DNA from: Selaginella moellendorffii
Taxonomy: Eukaryota; Plantae; Lycopodiophyta
Assembly: GCF_000143415.4 (NCBI RefSeq)
Contig: NW_003314322.1
Span: 1,004,067-1,068,066, forward strand
DNA: 64,000 bases
Direction of reading: 5' to 3'
Below the pieces are notes generated by a model that worked only from the letters and a program-made list of their open reading frames with translations, had not been told where the DNA came from and ran no database searches. Shown here piece after piece: positions 50,161 to 62,203 of this stretch. The translations under genes and the position numbers were made by a program. Numbering within the stretch: the first letter of the stretch is position 1; the number at the start of each line of letters is the position of its first letter.

Positions 50161-50509
50161 CTTTCAGCCTTAAAAACATTAAACTTGAGCGTGCTCTTAT
50201 TCACGTCCATGGAGCGTGCCGATGTCGATCGACTCCAGCTCTCGCTCCTTAAGCTGCAAGCCCTTCATCACACAGAATTTCCTTGAGCGCCTTTGTTCGA
50301 TCGAACTGACAATGCCTGTGAGATAGGCATCTGAGGCCGCAGCTGCTCGCCACAAGAAACTCCACTTCTTCAACCTCATGCTGCTCATGGGATTTTCCCA
50401 GCACCTCCACCCATCGTCGTTTTCGTCGTCGCTCGCCCACATTGCAATCGCCACTCCTAGAAAAGCGGGAGTCGAACATCCACGTCCATCCACGGACATC
50501 CACGTGCCG
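50161..50509 (-). pseudogene. F-box-protein-like gene fragment (inverted relative to its copy at 60085-60474)
   Basis: EFLVASSCGLRCL resembles the (L/V)ASSxGLLCL motif of plant F-box proteins; frameshifted. Confidence 0.4.
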
Positions 50510-50710
50510 CCATTAGCAAATTTGCTAATTTATACTTAATTAACACTATACCAAACGTTCACTATCAATTTTAATAATGTACGTATATAATAAAATGAAT
50601 ACTGATCAAATCTCCAGCTCGTCCACCTTGCCGCTGCCGTCCTTTGTAGCTTCACGCGTGTGACTTTTGATGAATATGAATCCGCTCGTAGATGAATATT
50701 TGGACCCTTC

Positions 50711-53065
50711 TTATCCGGCCGCCTCCTGTATAGTCTTGAGCTTATCATGATCCTCCCACAGCCCCGCGCTCCGGTAGATGCTCGCCATCAGAACGTACGC
50801 AGCCGAGTCTTTCTCGTCGATCTTCGTCAGTGCCTCGAACGCAATCTACCGGCAGGCCCCGAGGACGCTCCTCCAAACCACAGATCCACCAAGCTGCTGT
50901 AGTGATGAATCCCGCAAACAATGCCAGAGTTCGGGTCCATTGCCTGGAAAAACTCCCTGCCTCGTTCAACCAGGCCGCCGTGGCTGCAGGCAGTGATGAC
51001 CGAGACAAACGTGATCGCGTTTGCTCGCACGCCATCTTCTCGCATCTCGCGAAAGGCTTCGAACACGCGCCCTGTTGGCCGAATCCTGTTATCAGTGCAT
51101 TTCTCGGACTGCCAGAGATCCAAACAAGTGCTCGGCCGCACTCATAACCCCGCACCTCCCGTAGAAGTTTACCATGCACGTCCCCACAACATGGTCGTCT
51201 TCCAGCCCACGCCTGTAAACCTCAGTCTGGATTTTCCTTCCAGCTTCACTGGACCCAACGTTCCCACAGGCCGTAAGTCCCGCTACAAGAGTCCGAGAGT
51301 TTGGAGCACAGTCCATGCTCTCCAAGAGTTCCAGCCCGAGCTCACTCTCACCGTTGTTTACATATCCCTGTATCAAACTCGTCCAAACGACAACGTCCCG
51401 GCTAGGCATGCGTTTGAAAACTGCTCGAGCTTTGACCATATCTCCATACTTGGCATACATGTCCACCAAGCTGCTCCCGACAAATCTGTGCTCACAGCAT
51501 CCAAACTTCGCGGCGAGAGAATGAATCTCCATCCCCTTTTCTAGGCTCTGGATTCGCAGTAGCTTTCCATCTTCTCGCGGAACAGGTTGTTCGGACGCTG
51601 AAAGGTGGACGCAGATCATGAGCGCAGCAATAAACGCTCTCTCGTCCGGATCGTTCTCCCGAGCCATGCCGAAGACCAGCTCCAAGGCCAGCTTGCTGTC
51701 TCCACTTCCAGCAGATCCCTGGATCATTGCGTTCCACGAAACCACGTCTCCGCCAGCCATGCCATCGAAGACCTTGCGAGCTTCCTCTAGCTTCCCATAC
51801 TTCGCGTACATATCGATCAGTGTGTTCCCCACGAACACATCCTCACAGCACCTGTTGTTTGAAGCTTCACCGTGGATAGCCAGCCCAGTTTCCAAGCTCT
51901 TTCTCTTCACGAGTTTCCCGTCGACATCCACCACTTCCTCTCGCATTGCCGAGCTCGCACAGGCGGCAAGCGCAGCAACATACGTTCGAGAGTTTGGACA
52001 GCACCCGGATAGCTTCATATCTTCGAAGAACACGAGAGCCAGCTCGCTTTCCCCGTTGTCCACAAAGCCTTGTATCAAGCTCGTCCAGAGCACGACATCA
52101 CGGCGAGGCATGCTCTCGAAAACCATCCGCGCGTCGACCATGCTCCCACACTTTGAGTACATGTCCACGAGGCTGCTCCCCACGAAAAGATCTCCACAGC
52201 AGTGGCTTTTCACAGCTCCATCGTGAACAGCGAGCCCCTTCTCCAGGCTCTTCGTCTTCACCATCTTTCCATCTCCTTGAGTGGCCTCCTCTTTCACTGC
52301 TAGATTCGCACAGGCCATGGCAGCAGCAACGAAAGTCCGAGAGTTTGGCGAGCAGTTCATCTTCCCATAGAACTCGAGAGCGACCTCGCTTTCTCCATTC
52401 TCTACGTAGCCCAGTATCAAAGCGTTCCAGGAGACCACGTCTCGTCGTGGCATCTCATCGAAGACCGATCGAGCATCGAGCATGCTGCCGCACTTGGAGT
52501 ACATATCGATCAGCGAGCTCGAGAGGAAAACGTCTTCGCTGCAAGATGGTACTATCTGCTTGGCTTGCAAATGGATGCCTCTGCCGGTCTCGAGACTAGC
52601 CTCCTTGACGAGCTTCCCATCGACCAAAACAGCGACCTCCTTCGCCGCGAGGCTGCTCGACGCGGCCATGAAGCTCCTGGAGTTTGGCTTGCAGCCCGAC
52701 CGCCTGGCTTGCATCCTCTCGAAGAGATCCAGAGCCACATCGCTCTCGCCATTGTAGCCCAGCATCAAAACGTTCCAGGACATCACGTTTGGGTGAAGAA
52801 TGCTGTCGAACACGCGGCGGGAATCCCTCCATGCTGCCGCATTTTGTGTACATGTCCACCAGCGCATTGACGACATGGATCCCCAGCTGCTTGCTCTCCG
52901 CCGCCTGGGCGTGGATCGCCTTGCCCTTGCGCAAACACATACCTTCAGCGCGGACACCAGCGCGGCCGCCTGCTGATCGGGCTGCGCTGCCGAAGGAGCG
53001 AATGCTGGTGCGGCGCATCGAATCGCTGCCGTCGCCAAGCCACGGAACAAGCGAACTCTTCCCAT
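50711..53065 (-). pseudogene. PLS-E class PPR pseudogene with expanded L motifs
   Basis: Repeats of SLxDMYSKCGSM, DVVSWNALI, PNSRTFV; ACSHGG; AAYVLMASIY; frameshifts near 52940, 52830, 51095 and 50880. Confidence 0.85.
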
Positions 53066-53179
53066 CCATCGCAAGAACCCTAAATATTTGCTAGCAACAT
53101 GGAAATTCAACCAAGGCCATCGATTCAAGAATATCGGACGGTTGGAAATGAATCTGGGACCATTTACATTCACCTCGAC

Positions 53180-53330
53180 GCTAATGTTCTTCATCACTTC
53201 ATACACCGTGAAGGCAATCCCCACGCCCGGAAAAAAGGTACTCGAGCAAAATCCCCCTGTACAACCCAGCAATGTGCCTCAGCGAGCTCGCAATCCCCAT
53301 CTCCGATCGCCCTCGAGTTGCATCCTTCTC
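53180..53330 (-). pseudogene. Mitochondrial carrier family C-terminal fragment
   Basis: GLYRGILLEY followed, after a frameshift, by PGVGIAFTVYEVMK, the last helix signature of plant mitochondrial carriers. Confidence 0.6.
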
Positions 53331-53659
53331 TTTCCCAAATCGATCGGAAACACCACTGAAAACAGGAGCGATGGCGATCAAACGTAGTCGATCTTAAGAC
53401 TCTTATCTGTTGAGGGCTACTCCACCGGAGATCAAGCTCGTCACCATCCTGCTCACACTCTAGTCCAAGGAGTCCAACTGGTGGACTAGATAGTCATGGT
53501 CCTAAAGGAGATGTACTGTGTTCCGTAAGAACTTCCAAGGCCACATTCTATATTCCAGATCCCGCTACCTTGTGCAGTTTTCTGATCTATCAAATGGTTT
53601 GAATAAGAAGCAGCGGCCACGTCTTTCTCCAATTTGCTGCGGTTTTGTTTTTACTCTGC

Positions 53660-54130
53660 CTTTTTCACAACATCTTGGTTGCAGTGCCCCAGGAATCCAT
53701 CCGGGATCGTCAACGACACACAGGTTCTTCTCGCTCTCGGAGTGGCATCAACGTGTGGAACGAGACTGTCAATCCAAACGAATGGCCGGGGCTGTCTCGC
53801 CTGGACCTCTCTCATAACAACATCTCCTCGCTGAAGGTGGTTGGCTGCAAGAACATGCAGCGCAAGCTTCTCAACTTCTTTGCAAGAGTTCCTGGAAAAT
53901 CTCTCCAGCCTTGAGAGTTTAGAAATCTTGGATCTCAGTTAGAATATCTTACAGTCCCATAACGACCTTGTTTCCATCAGGTGGAGCTCTCGCACAACGA
54001 ATTCAGCGGCTCCATTCCATGCCTGGACATTTTGTATAGCAGGTTTAGTGGAGATTTACCCAATATTTGAAGCAAGAACGTCTGTGGAACGTCTCAAACA
54101 ATTCCAGACCAGGCTTGTGTTTGTGCGCTG
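53660..54130 (+). pseudogene. LRR receptor-like gene remnant
   Basis: LSRLDLSHNNISS, LEILDLS, LSHNEFSGSIP, FSGDLP and NVSNN fragments in mixed frames. Confidence 0.6.
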
Positions 54131-54286
54131 CAAGTAACTTTGTCTCTGAACCATAATTTCAATTCTCAATAAATTTTTGAATATATGTTTAGTTTGCATA
54201 AGTAATGGATATATCTAAAATATGCTTGAAAATTTTGGTTTATTCTTTAATTTTGTGTTTATAATTTATAAAAATGTATATCATTT

Positions 54287-55270
54287 AAAAATTTGCTATG
54301 TGTTGCATGCAGAAACGCTTATTTTTCTTAATAGTAGTGTTATTCCTTTATTAATCCAATTGATCAAATGGAAGTTTATAATTATAAGCATATTTATAAT
54401 TTATAAACAAAAAATTAATATTATTGAAAATGGTAAAATAAACATGTTTAATAAGAAATTTTATAAATTATAAATACAAGATTAATCTAAATGTATAACA
54501 ACCGTTAGATGGTAGAATATCCTAGAATATTCTAGGTATATTCATTAGCAACAGATAAACACCTCCAAGTATATTCTAGCATATTCTACAATCAATGGTG
54601 TATATACATTTAGATTAATCATGTGTTTTTTATTTATAGTAAATTTAACTTATATTAAAAAATTAGTTTATGATGTTTTTATACACTTTTAGAGTGCTTT
54701 TCCTGCTGGCTTTGCAGGCAATGGTTCAGATATCCTGCAAGGGACCTGTGGTAGCAATATGAAATATTACTTCTCTTTGCTATTCTGTGTTAATCCAAAC
54801 ACCCACACATCTCCATTTTCTTGCCAACCCAGACTGCCTTGAAGCTCATTAACTAACTCACTAAGTGATATTGTAATTTCTATAGAGGTGCTGTTATTCT
54901 TAAGGAGAAGTTCAAGTGGAGAGGGCAGGTGATTATGGGGGATATTTCCTTGGACTTTCTCTAATTCTATGATTTTTTAGTTTAGTTAAACAAAGTGGTA
55001 GTGAATACATATAGATGCTTGGAAATTCTATTATCTAACAGTTGTTATTCATTTATATTAATTTGGTAATTATAGTTTATATACATGCTTATAATTTATA
55101 AACTTTCATAAAAACTTACTAGTATATTCTAGTTTATACTGCCATCTAATGGTTGATATGCAATAAGATTAATAATGGATAATTATTGATCAATTAGATA
55201 ATACTAAACAGGACTACTATTAAGCAAACCATGCATGCAATGAGTAGCAATTTTTTTTTATAAATACAGT
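54287..55270. mobile_element. Putative non-autonomous element with long imperfect inverted arms
   Basis: 54287-54545 and 55020-55270 are diverged reverse complements; a short inverted copy lies at 54555-54625; GC-richer core at 54690-54960; no TSD identified. Confidence 0.5.
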
Positions 55271-55826
55271 TCCCTATTCTCAATTATAGACCATATATTC
55301 TTTCACATTTAAAATGATTTACTATATTAGGTGATATATTAAGTTTTAAGATACATTATATTTTAATCATGTTATAATTGGTACAAAATAGACAGATTCT
55401 AAAAACGTTATTTCATTTTTATTAATATTCCAATGCAATACACAACAAATTAGTTTTGTGCATTTAATAAATTCTATTTAACTTTATTGAAATTATTAAA
55501 ACCTTGAAAACTAATACTCAAAATACATTTTAAAAAATTGAGAAGCTAAAGAAATTAGGTAAAACAAATAATGAGAAAAAAGAAGAATATTAAATAGGTG
55601 TTGTAATACTAAGGTTAGGATTAAAATAGAATAAGTGAAGAAGGGATATAAAAATAAAATTCATAGAATATTAATTTAATAACTATAAAATATAATTATT
55701 AGTAAATTTATAAGGAAAATTATTACTACCCAGAGCTCAAAAAATACTAAAAATAGTTGTATAAATGTAGACATAGTAACTTTTAAATATTTTTAATATT
55801 AAGTTAGGTATTAAAAAAATAAAATG

Positions 55827-56770
55827 TATGAGTGCATGGAAAATAGAAATGAAATACAAAATATGCATATTTGATTAATCTAAAAACCCTAGCTTAAATA
55901 CAAGGGTTTGAATTGAAGCCAATCCAATGGTTATTAAAATCCTTCTATACTAATATTAATGTATGCAATTGTATATCATCCCCTTCTTTTGAAAAGATGA
56001 AAAGTAATTAAGGTTGTTTGGTTGATGGGGTGGGATTTGGAGAAACATTAGGAAAAGACCCTAGTGTATCTATAGGCAATCTTAATCCTTTTATATGACC
56101 ACATAGCATAAAATTAAGATCATTCACTTTATACTCTATATGTAGATGATGATAATAGTTGAGTGTTCAATAGATTCTTCTCAAATCATTGGAAGAATAT
56201 TTATCATATATTGATCCCAGGATTTAACATCAATAACTCATAATAATTAAGAAGGTAAACTCAACTTTGTTAGCAATATTAGATCATCATTATATAAAAA
56301 TTTATATAGTGAAGCACTAATTAAAAATCTCTACCCCATGATATATGAATACTAAAGAGATAATAAATAATTATCCTAGTCTAAATCATTAAAAGCTTAT
56401 ATGCTTCATGATCACCCCTGTGAAGGTTTAAACTAGCCATTCCACTAAACCATTTGTCATAAACACTTGTGATAGTGTGGTGTATCTTTAATCAAAACAT
56501 CAAGACATAAAATGACTTAGCCATAAATGCAAAACTATTATACAAAAGAATTTACTTCAGACATAAATGTTAAACCACCACTCAATTGAGGATGAAATAT
56601 CTAATAATAGTTGCATATGTATTAGCTAAAACACAAAACTTCCACCTAACAAATCAACTAGTTAAAAACAATAATAACATACTCATTGTTAATAGTTGAT
56701 CGTGGAAAAGGCTTTATTAAATCAAATGCCACAAGTTCAAAAGGATGGAAAATTACAATTAACTTTAACC
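55827..56770 (-). mobile_element. Heavily AT-shifted remnant (LTR + PPT + integrase) of the gypsy family at 1-4442
   Basis: Colinear with the reverse complement of about 3266-4442, with deletions (e.g. TGAGTGCATGGAA, TCATCCCC, GATCGTGGAAAAGG). Confidence 0.85.
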
Positions 56771-56819
56771 ATAGTTTTCAAATATTTCTACTTAATTGTT
56801 TTTACTATTTAGTGGGTTT

Positions 56820-57890
56820 TGATATAATTTTTAGGTTGTTTATTGCTTAAATAGTTTTATGGTTAATGCTAACACCCTTTTTTGAGATCTTATCTTTTCC
56901 TTAGACAACTTTATAATTAATACTAACACCCTTTTTTGAGTTCTTATCTTTTCTTTCCTCTCTTTTTATGTTCTTGACCTTATTATTCTAGCATCAATAA
57001 ATCTTTTAGATGAGGATTCCATGGCATTAGTAGTTGTTATATTTAATATTTAGTGTCCATAAAGTGTAAAACTAAATTTACCTTTTCTTAACAAAGTTCG
57101 TGAAACTAAAAAATTTAAACTGTAAATCTAAAGGTTTTATGATGGGTTTGAGAATCCTATATCACTTACTAATAATTTGTTCTTTTGATATTTACATTCT
57201 CAATATTTCCTTTACTTTGTGAAGACTAATTTTAATGATTATGTAGTGCTTTCAATATTTATTCCACACTTTCTTTATATTTACCATGACTCTTCTATTT
57301 TAGATAGGTGTATGAAACATTAATGTGTGAATGAGAAGCTAAGCAAATTTTTTTTATTGGTAGGAGATGCAATATAATGTTATTTAATATTTTCATAATT
57401 GCATAAACTTGTAATATTTCCCCTCGTGGTGTAAAAGGATGATTAAAGTTGATTGTAATTTCCCATCCTTTTAAGTTTGTGGCATTTAATTTGATGAAGC
57501 TTTCTAATGCATCTGCAATTACTATTAAATACTTTTTCCTCAATTGAGTGGTGTTTTAACATTTATATTTAGAGCAGATTTTCTCAGATAATAGTTTTGC
57601 ATTTATGGCTGAAACATTTTATATCTTGACATCTTAACTAGGAAGTATTCATCACACTTTCACAAATGTTAATCATTCACAAATGAATGGTTTAGTGGAA
57701 TTACTTATTCAGACTTTTAAGAGGATAATCTTATAAAGTATATGAACTTTTAACATTTAGATTGGGATAGTTGTTTGTTATCTCTCTGGTATGCATATAT
57801 CACAAGAATGTAAATTCCAATTAGTGCTTATATGATTGTGACTTGATATTGCTATTAGAGTTGAGTTTATTTTCGCAATTGCTATGAATT
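56820..57890 (+). mobile_element. Second AT-shifted remnant of the same gypsy (RNaseH end to integrase)
   Basis: Colinear with about 2662-3800 (TAGATGAGGATTC, GATGGGTTTGAGAATCCT, TTTACATTCTCAATAT, GCATTTATGGCTGA). Confidence 0.85.
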
Positions 57891-57904
57891 ACAAATACTA
57901 GCTT

Positions 57905-60570
57905 TGTGGAGGACTATCTTCACTCTATTGCACGATACTGAAAAGAGAATCAAAGAATCTAAATAAGAGATGAAAAGCTAAGATAATTTGAGATTATTAA
58001 AGACCTATACTTATACAACAATTGATGTCTAGATTGTGTTGACTTGACAGCCTATATTAGTGCAGTTAATCACTCAAATTAAGGATTTTCATTTTTAGCT
58101 ACTTAAACTTATTACAAAATACTAGATTCTTTCCTTCTAGAGGGGCTTCAAACAAATCATATATATCTACAATTACTCTCCTTTTTATATAGTAAAAAGT
58201 ATCCTCTACATTGAGCTCAACTAAAAGGAAAATTTTAATTTTCATTAAAGGATGTATGAAAAGTAAATTAATAATTTATTATAAAAAATGAATATTTTTT
58301 TTTAATATTCTAACTAGTAGTTTATTGCATTTTGTATTTGTGTGATATGGTATAATAGTTTTAGTTTATGGTTATATCATTGTTTAATTTGGATCCCAAG
58401 CTCAACCCCCAGTCCTGTGCTCGAATTCCACTTGGGACATCCCCCCAACAGAGCCTGCCCCGAGCACCCTGCACACCCCGACGCTGGCGGGGAGTCCCTG
58501 GTTGGAAGTACGGCCCACAGGTGTCTTGCTTGCTTGTGTGCGAGAGTATACATTCATGTTGTCCAACCAGGACTCCTGATGGAGCTTTTATCTTTTTTGC
58601 GATTTTACACTTAGAAGCAGGGACTTTCTTACTTGGCTTCTCCATCCCGTGGCAGTCTGAAATCACGGGCCATGGTGTGCTGGGGATCTTGCTATTGTAA
58701 ATTTCCTGCAGAATTCCTCCCACTCCCGTCAGCTTGTGGTATCTATAAATCTATGCAAAGTTCCGCTCACCCTCGTCAGCATGTGGTCATTTTCTTCTTT
58801 GCGAGTAGGTAATGAAGTTTGGCAAAGGGGAGGTAGAGATTGCTGCTTTTACAGCTGTGGTTTGCGACCTGGTTTGCGATCATCTAACCTGGTGTCTTTT
58901 GATTTTTAAAAGGATCTAATTAACTCTAAATATTTCAATGCAAGCCTCATATAATATGGGTACAAGGGATCCACTTGATGATGAATCAACTTTCCAGTTC
59001 CAAGTAACGAATCAATTTAATTTTGTTTACAGTCCACTTGTACCCGCTTAGGAAGCACGGACATTCCAAGCACCAACCCAGCTTTGCTCTAGAATGCATT
59101 ATTGCCAAGTTCGCTTTCTTGTCACGAGGCTTAAAAGTACAAATAATTGGAGTGATAACTAGGTCCAAATCCTATACGTGATTCGGCTGGCCAAGGATAT
59201 CCGAGGAGACTTAATCGAGATTTACATTTGATGGAATCAAATATTCAAGATATACTTGTCTCAAAAGTCTTGCGTTGCTTTAGAGGTGGCCTAAAGTTTG
59301 GTGTGATTTGTCGAGTATTTAAAGGCCTAGATGTCCCTCAGATTAATAACTCACACTATCCAAGTTAAATCGAAGAAAATGGCAAAATCAAGCATAGCAT
59401 TCATTCTCCCACTTGCATGCCTCCTGCTTGCGAGTGCTGTTCATGTTTCAGCTTTAGACAATGATGTTAGTGGAGACCTCTCTGGTATGGTATATAACCT
59501 GGTCTAAACTTTGGTTTGACTCTTTGTCCATGTAAATGTTTTTGCAAGGCACTATGAGATCTCTAAAGACGGTGCTTCCTACAAATGGAACTTCATCAAA
59601 CATTGGTGTCCCATTGGATCTAGTTGACAAAGTACTTGGAATTGTCACTCAAGTTATAGCTAGTTTAAAGGCCCTCGTCCTCAAAGTTCCCTTGCTGTGT
59701 GTCATCCTTTATCCAGTGATTATCATCCTTGAGATCATTGTGATCTACATCCCTGGTGGCTACCCTTGCCCGATTATCATTGGCGTCATCTGCAAGTATC
59801 TGGGCAATGCCATTCCTGTGTGGACTCCAATCAAGTTCATCAAAGTTGATCTAACAGTTATCTTGAGCCTCACCACAACTATCACGCTTCTGCAGAGTGT
59901 GATTATCCTTGTTACTCCAAACAGTTGCATTTTCCTTGTGCTGCGTGCAGTGGTTAGTATCCTTAAGTCGGTGCTTGCATTACTCTATTAAGCTGTAATA
60001 GCGGATAAAATGCAAAATGTGTAGAATAAACAATCAAATAAAACTATACTAATATTATTGAGTAGCGTGTGACTGGCTGATTGTGGCACGTGGATGTCCG
60101 ATTGTTGCCAGATTGAAAGGTTCTGGTGGTTCGACTGCCCGCTTTTCTATGAGTGGCGATCGCAATGTGGGCGAGCGACGACGATCCACACGAAAACGAC
60201 GATGGGGTGGAGCTGCTGGGAAAATCCCCATGAGCAGCATGAAGATGAAGAAGTGGAGTTTCTTGTGGCGAGCAGCTGCGGCCTCAGATGCCTATCTCAC
60301 AGGCATTGTCAGTTCGATCAACGGTTGTTGATCGAACAAAGGCGCTCAAGGAAATTCTGTGTGATGAAGGGCTTGCAGCTTAAGGAGCGAGAGCTGGAGT
60401 CGATCGACATCGGCAGAGAGACGCTGGACGTGAATAAGAGCACGCTCAAGTTTAATGTTTTCAAGGCTGAAAGTATTAGCAAATTTGCTAATTTATGCTT
60501 AACACTGTATATCAAACGTTCACTATCAATTTGAAACTTAATAATGTATGTATATAATAAAATGAAAAGC
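57905..60570 (+). repeat. Segmental duplication, copy 2
   Basis: Direct repeat of 47997-50600 with indels and one inverted segment. Confidence 0.9.
59379..59991 (+). CDS. Unknown secreted, highly hydrophobic protein (182 aa), copy 2
   Basis: Exons 59379-59484 and 59549-59991; three amino-acid differences from copy 1 (A>T, K>T, S>R). Confidence 0.8.
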
Positions 60571-60712
60571 TGGGAAATGATGATATGTTGACCAGCTGGT
60601 TGATCATACCAGACACATGAGACCAAAGTTGGCGCCAAACACGTGTCGCGCTACCAGCCATCTAAACAAATCCCATGCCATACAAAACTACTAAACTCAA
60701 GCACGACCACTA

Positions 60713-62069
60713 ATGACGCCTGGATCATTGGCAGCGGCGCTCTTGGCCTTCCTGGCGGCGCTCTACGCCGCCACTGATCCGCTGCGAATCGGCCCCACTG
60801 TCGGCTTCCCCGACTTCCGCGCCATTCATGTGGAGCAGCCCTCGCCCGCGCAGCTAGGTGATTTCCAGGGCGATCCACACAATCGCCTCGCCGCCCGGGC
60901 GGAGGTCCGCTTCTCGGGCCAAGTCTGCGGCCCCGAGAGCATCGCCTTCGATCCGCAAGGCCGCGGCCCCTACACTGGCATCTGCGATGGCCGTGTCCTT
61001 CGCTGGGATGAGGAGCAACAAGCATGGATCGAATTCGCGGTCACTTCTTCCAATCGGTGAGCTTGGGCGTCTCGAAATCCTCGTCTCGTGATAGCTTGTT
61101 CGCTTCTTAGATCTGCGTGCGCGCCCAAGGATCCTCCGCGGCCCAATCTCGCGAACGAGCATATCTGTGGGAGGCCGCTGGGCTTGCGATTCAAGAAGAG
61201 CTCGTCCGAGCTCTACATTGCCGATGCTTACAAGGGATTGCTGGTGGTGGGATCGCAAGGGGGTCTTGCCTCTCCGCTCGTCACCGAGGTGGAAGGCCAG
61301 CCCCTGCTGTTCACCAACGATCTAGATCTGGACGAGGATGGATGCGTCTACTTCACAGTTACAAGCTCCAAATATCAAAGAAGGTATGAACATAGCGTTT
61401 GAATTCACGAAACTTGGGAAAGTTTTCATGGCATTACCTTGCCAGGAACTTCATACTGCCGATTCTCGAGGGAGATGACACTGGCCTTCTGCTCAAGTAT
61501 GATCCTTCGACAAAGCAAGTGAGCGTTTTGCTTCGTGGGCTTCAGTTTCCAAACGGTGTCTCCATGAGCAAGGATTACTCCTTCCTAGTGTTTGCTGAAA
61601 CCACCAATGGAAAGTAAGTGTTCGCCATCTCGATCTATCTATCTAGCTCTCTATCCAACTTACAACTTTGCTTTGATCCAGATTGACTCGCTACTGGCTC
61701 AAAGGTCCCAAAGCTGGAACTCCAGAGCTCTTCGCTATCCTGCCGGGCCACCCAGACAACGTTAGAACTAACGAAAATGGAGAGTTTTGGGTAGCGATAC
61801 ATGCCTTGAGAAAACCCGTGATGCGTTTCCTGGGGCCCCGTCCAAGGCTGAGAGACTTCCTCGTCAAGCTCCCAATCCCTGCCAAGATGATCACCGGAGG
61901 AGGTCCTTACGCTCTGATTCTCAAGTATGATGCCGATGGTAAGCTAATCGACGCCCTCGAGGATCACAAAGGCCAAGTTGCTTCTTATGTGAGCGAAGCC
62001 GAAGAGCACGATGGTCACCTCTGGCTGGGGACGGTCCTGTTGAACAAGATCGTTGTTTACAAGCTGTGA
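60713..62069 (+). CDS. Strictosidine synthase-like (SSL/APMAP-type beta-propeller) protein, 4 exons
   Basis: GPESIAFDPQGRGPYTG, CGRPLGLRF, LYIADAY, FTNDLD, FPNGV, LPGHPDNVR; exons about 60713-61056, 61111-61383, 61446-61613, 61682-62069. Confidence 0.95.
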
Positions 62070-62203
62070 GTGATTCCATAGGCAAGGAAAATTTCGGTGC
62101 TGCTCACAAAGAAGTTGGATAAGTACAACAAATATTTCCAAACAATTACATTCAAGAAAACGACTCGATTTCACAGACTGGACTGGAAGAACCTTATATC
62201 TTT

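Larger units (their letters stand above)
47997..50600 (+). repeat. Segmental duplication, copy 1 (partner about 57905-60570)
   Basis: Diverged match from GGAGGACxATCTTCAC onward, near-identical from about 48500/58310 through the secreted-protein gene. Confidence 0.9.

Noticed and set aside
51092-53272. 726-aa ORF as one intact PPR gene
   Set aside because: Its N-terminus runs through a mitochondrial-carrier fragment and an out-of-frame stretch; the PPR has several frameshifts
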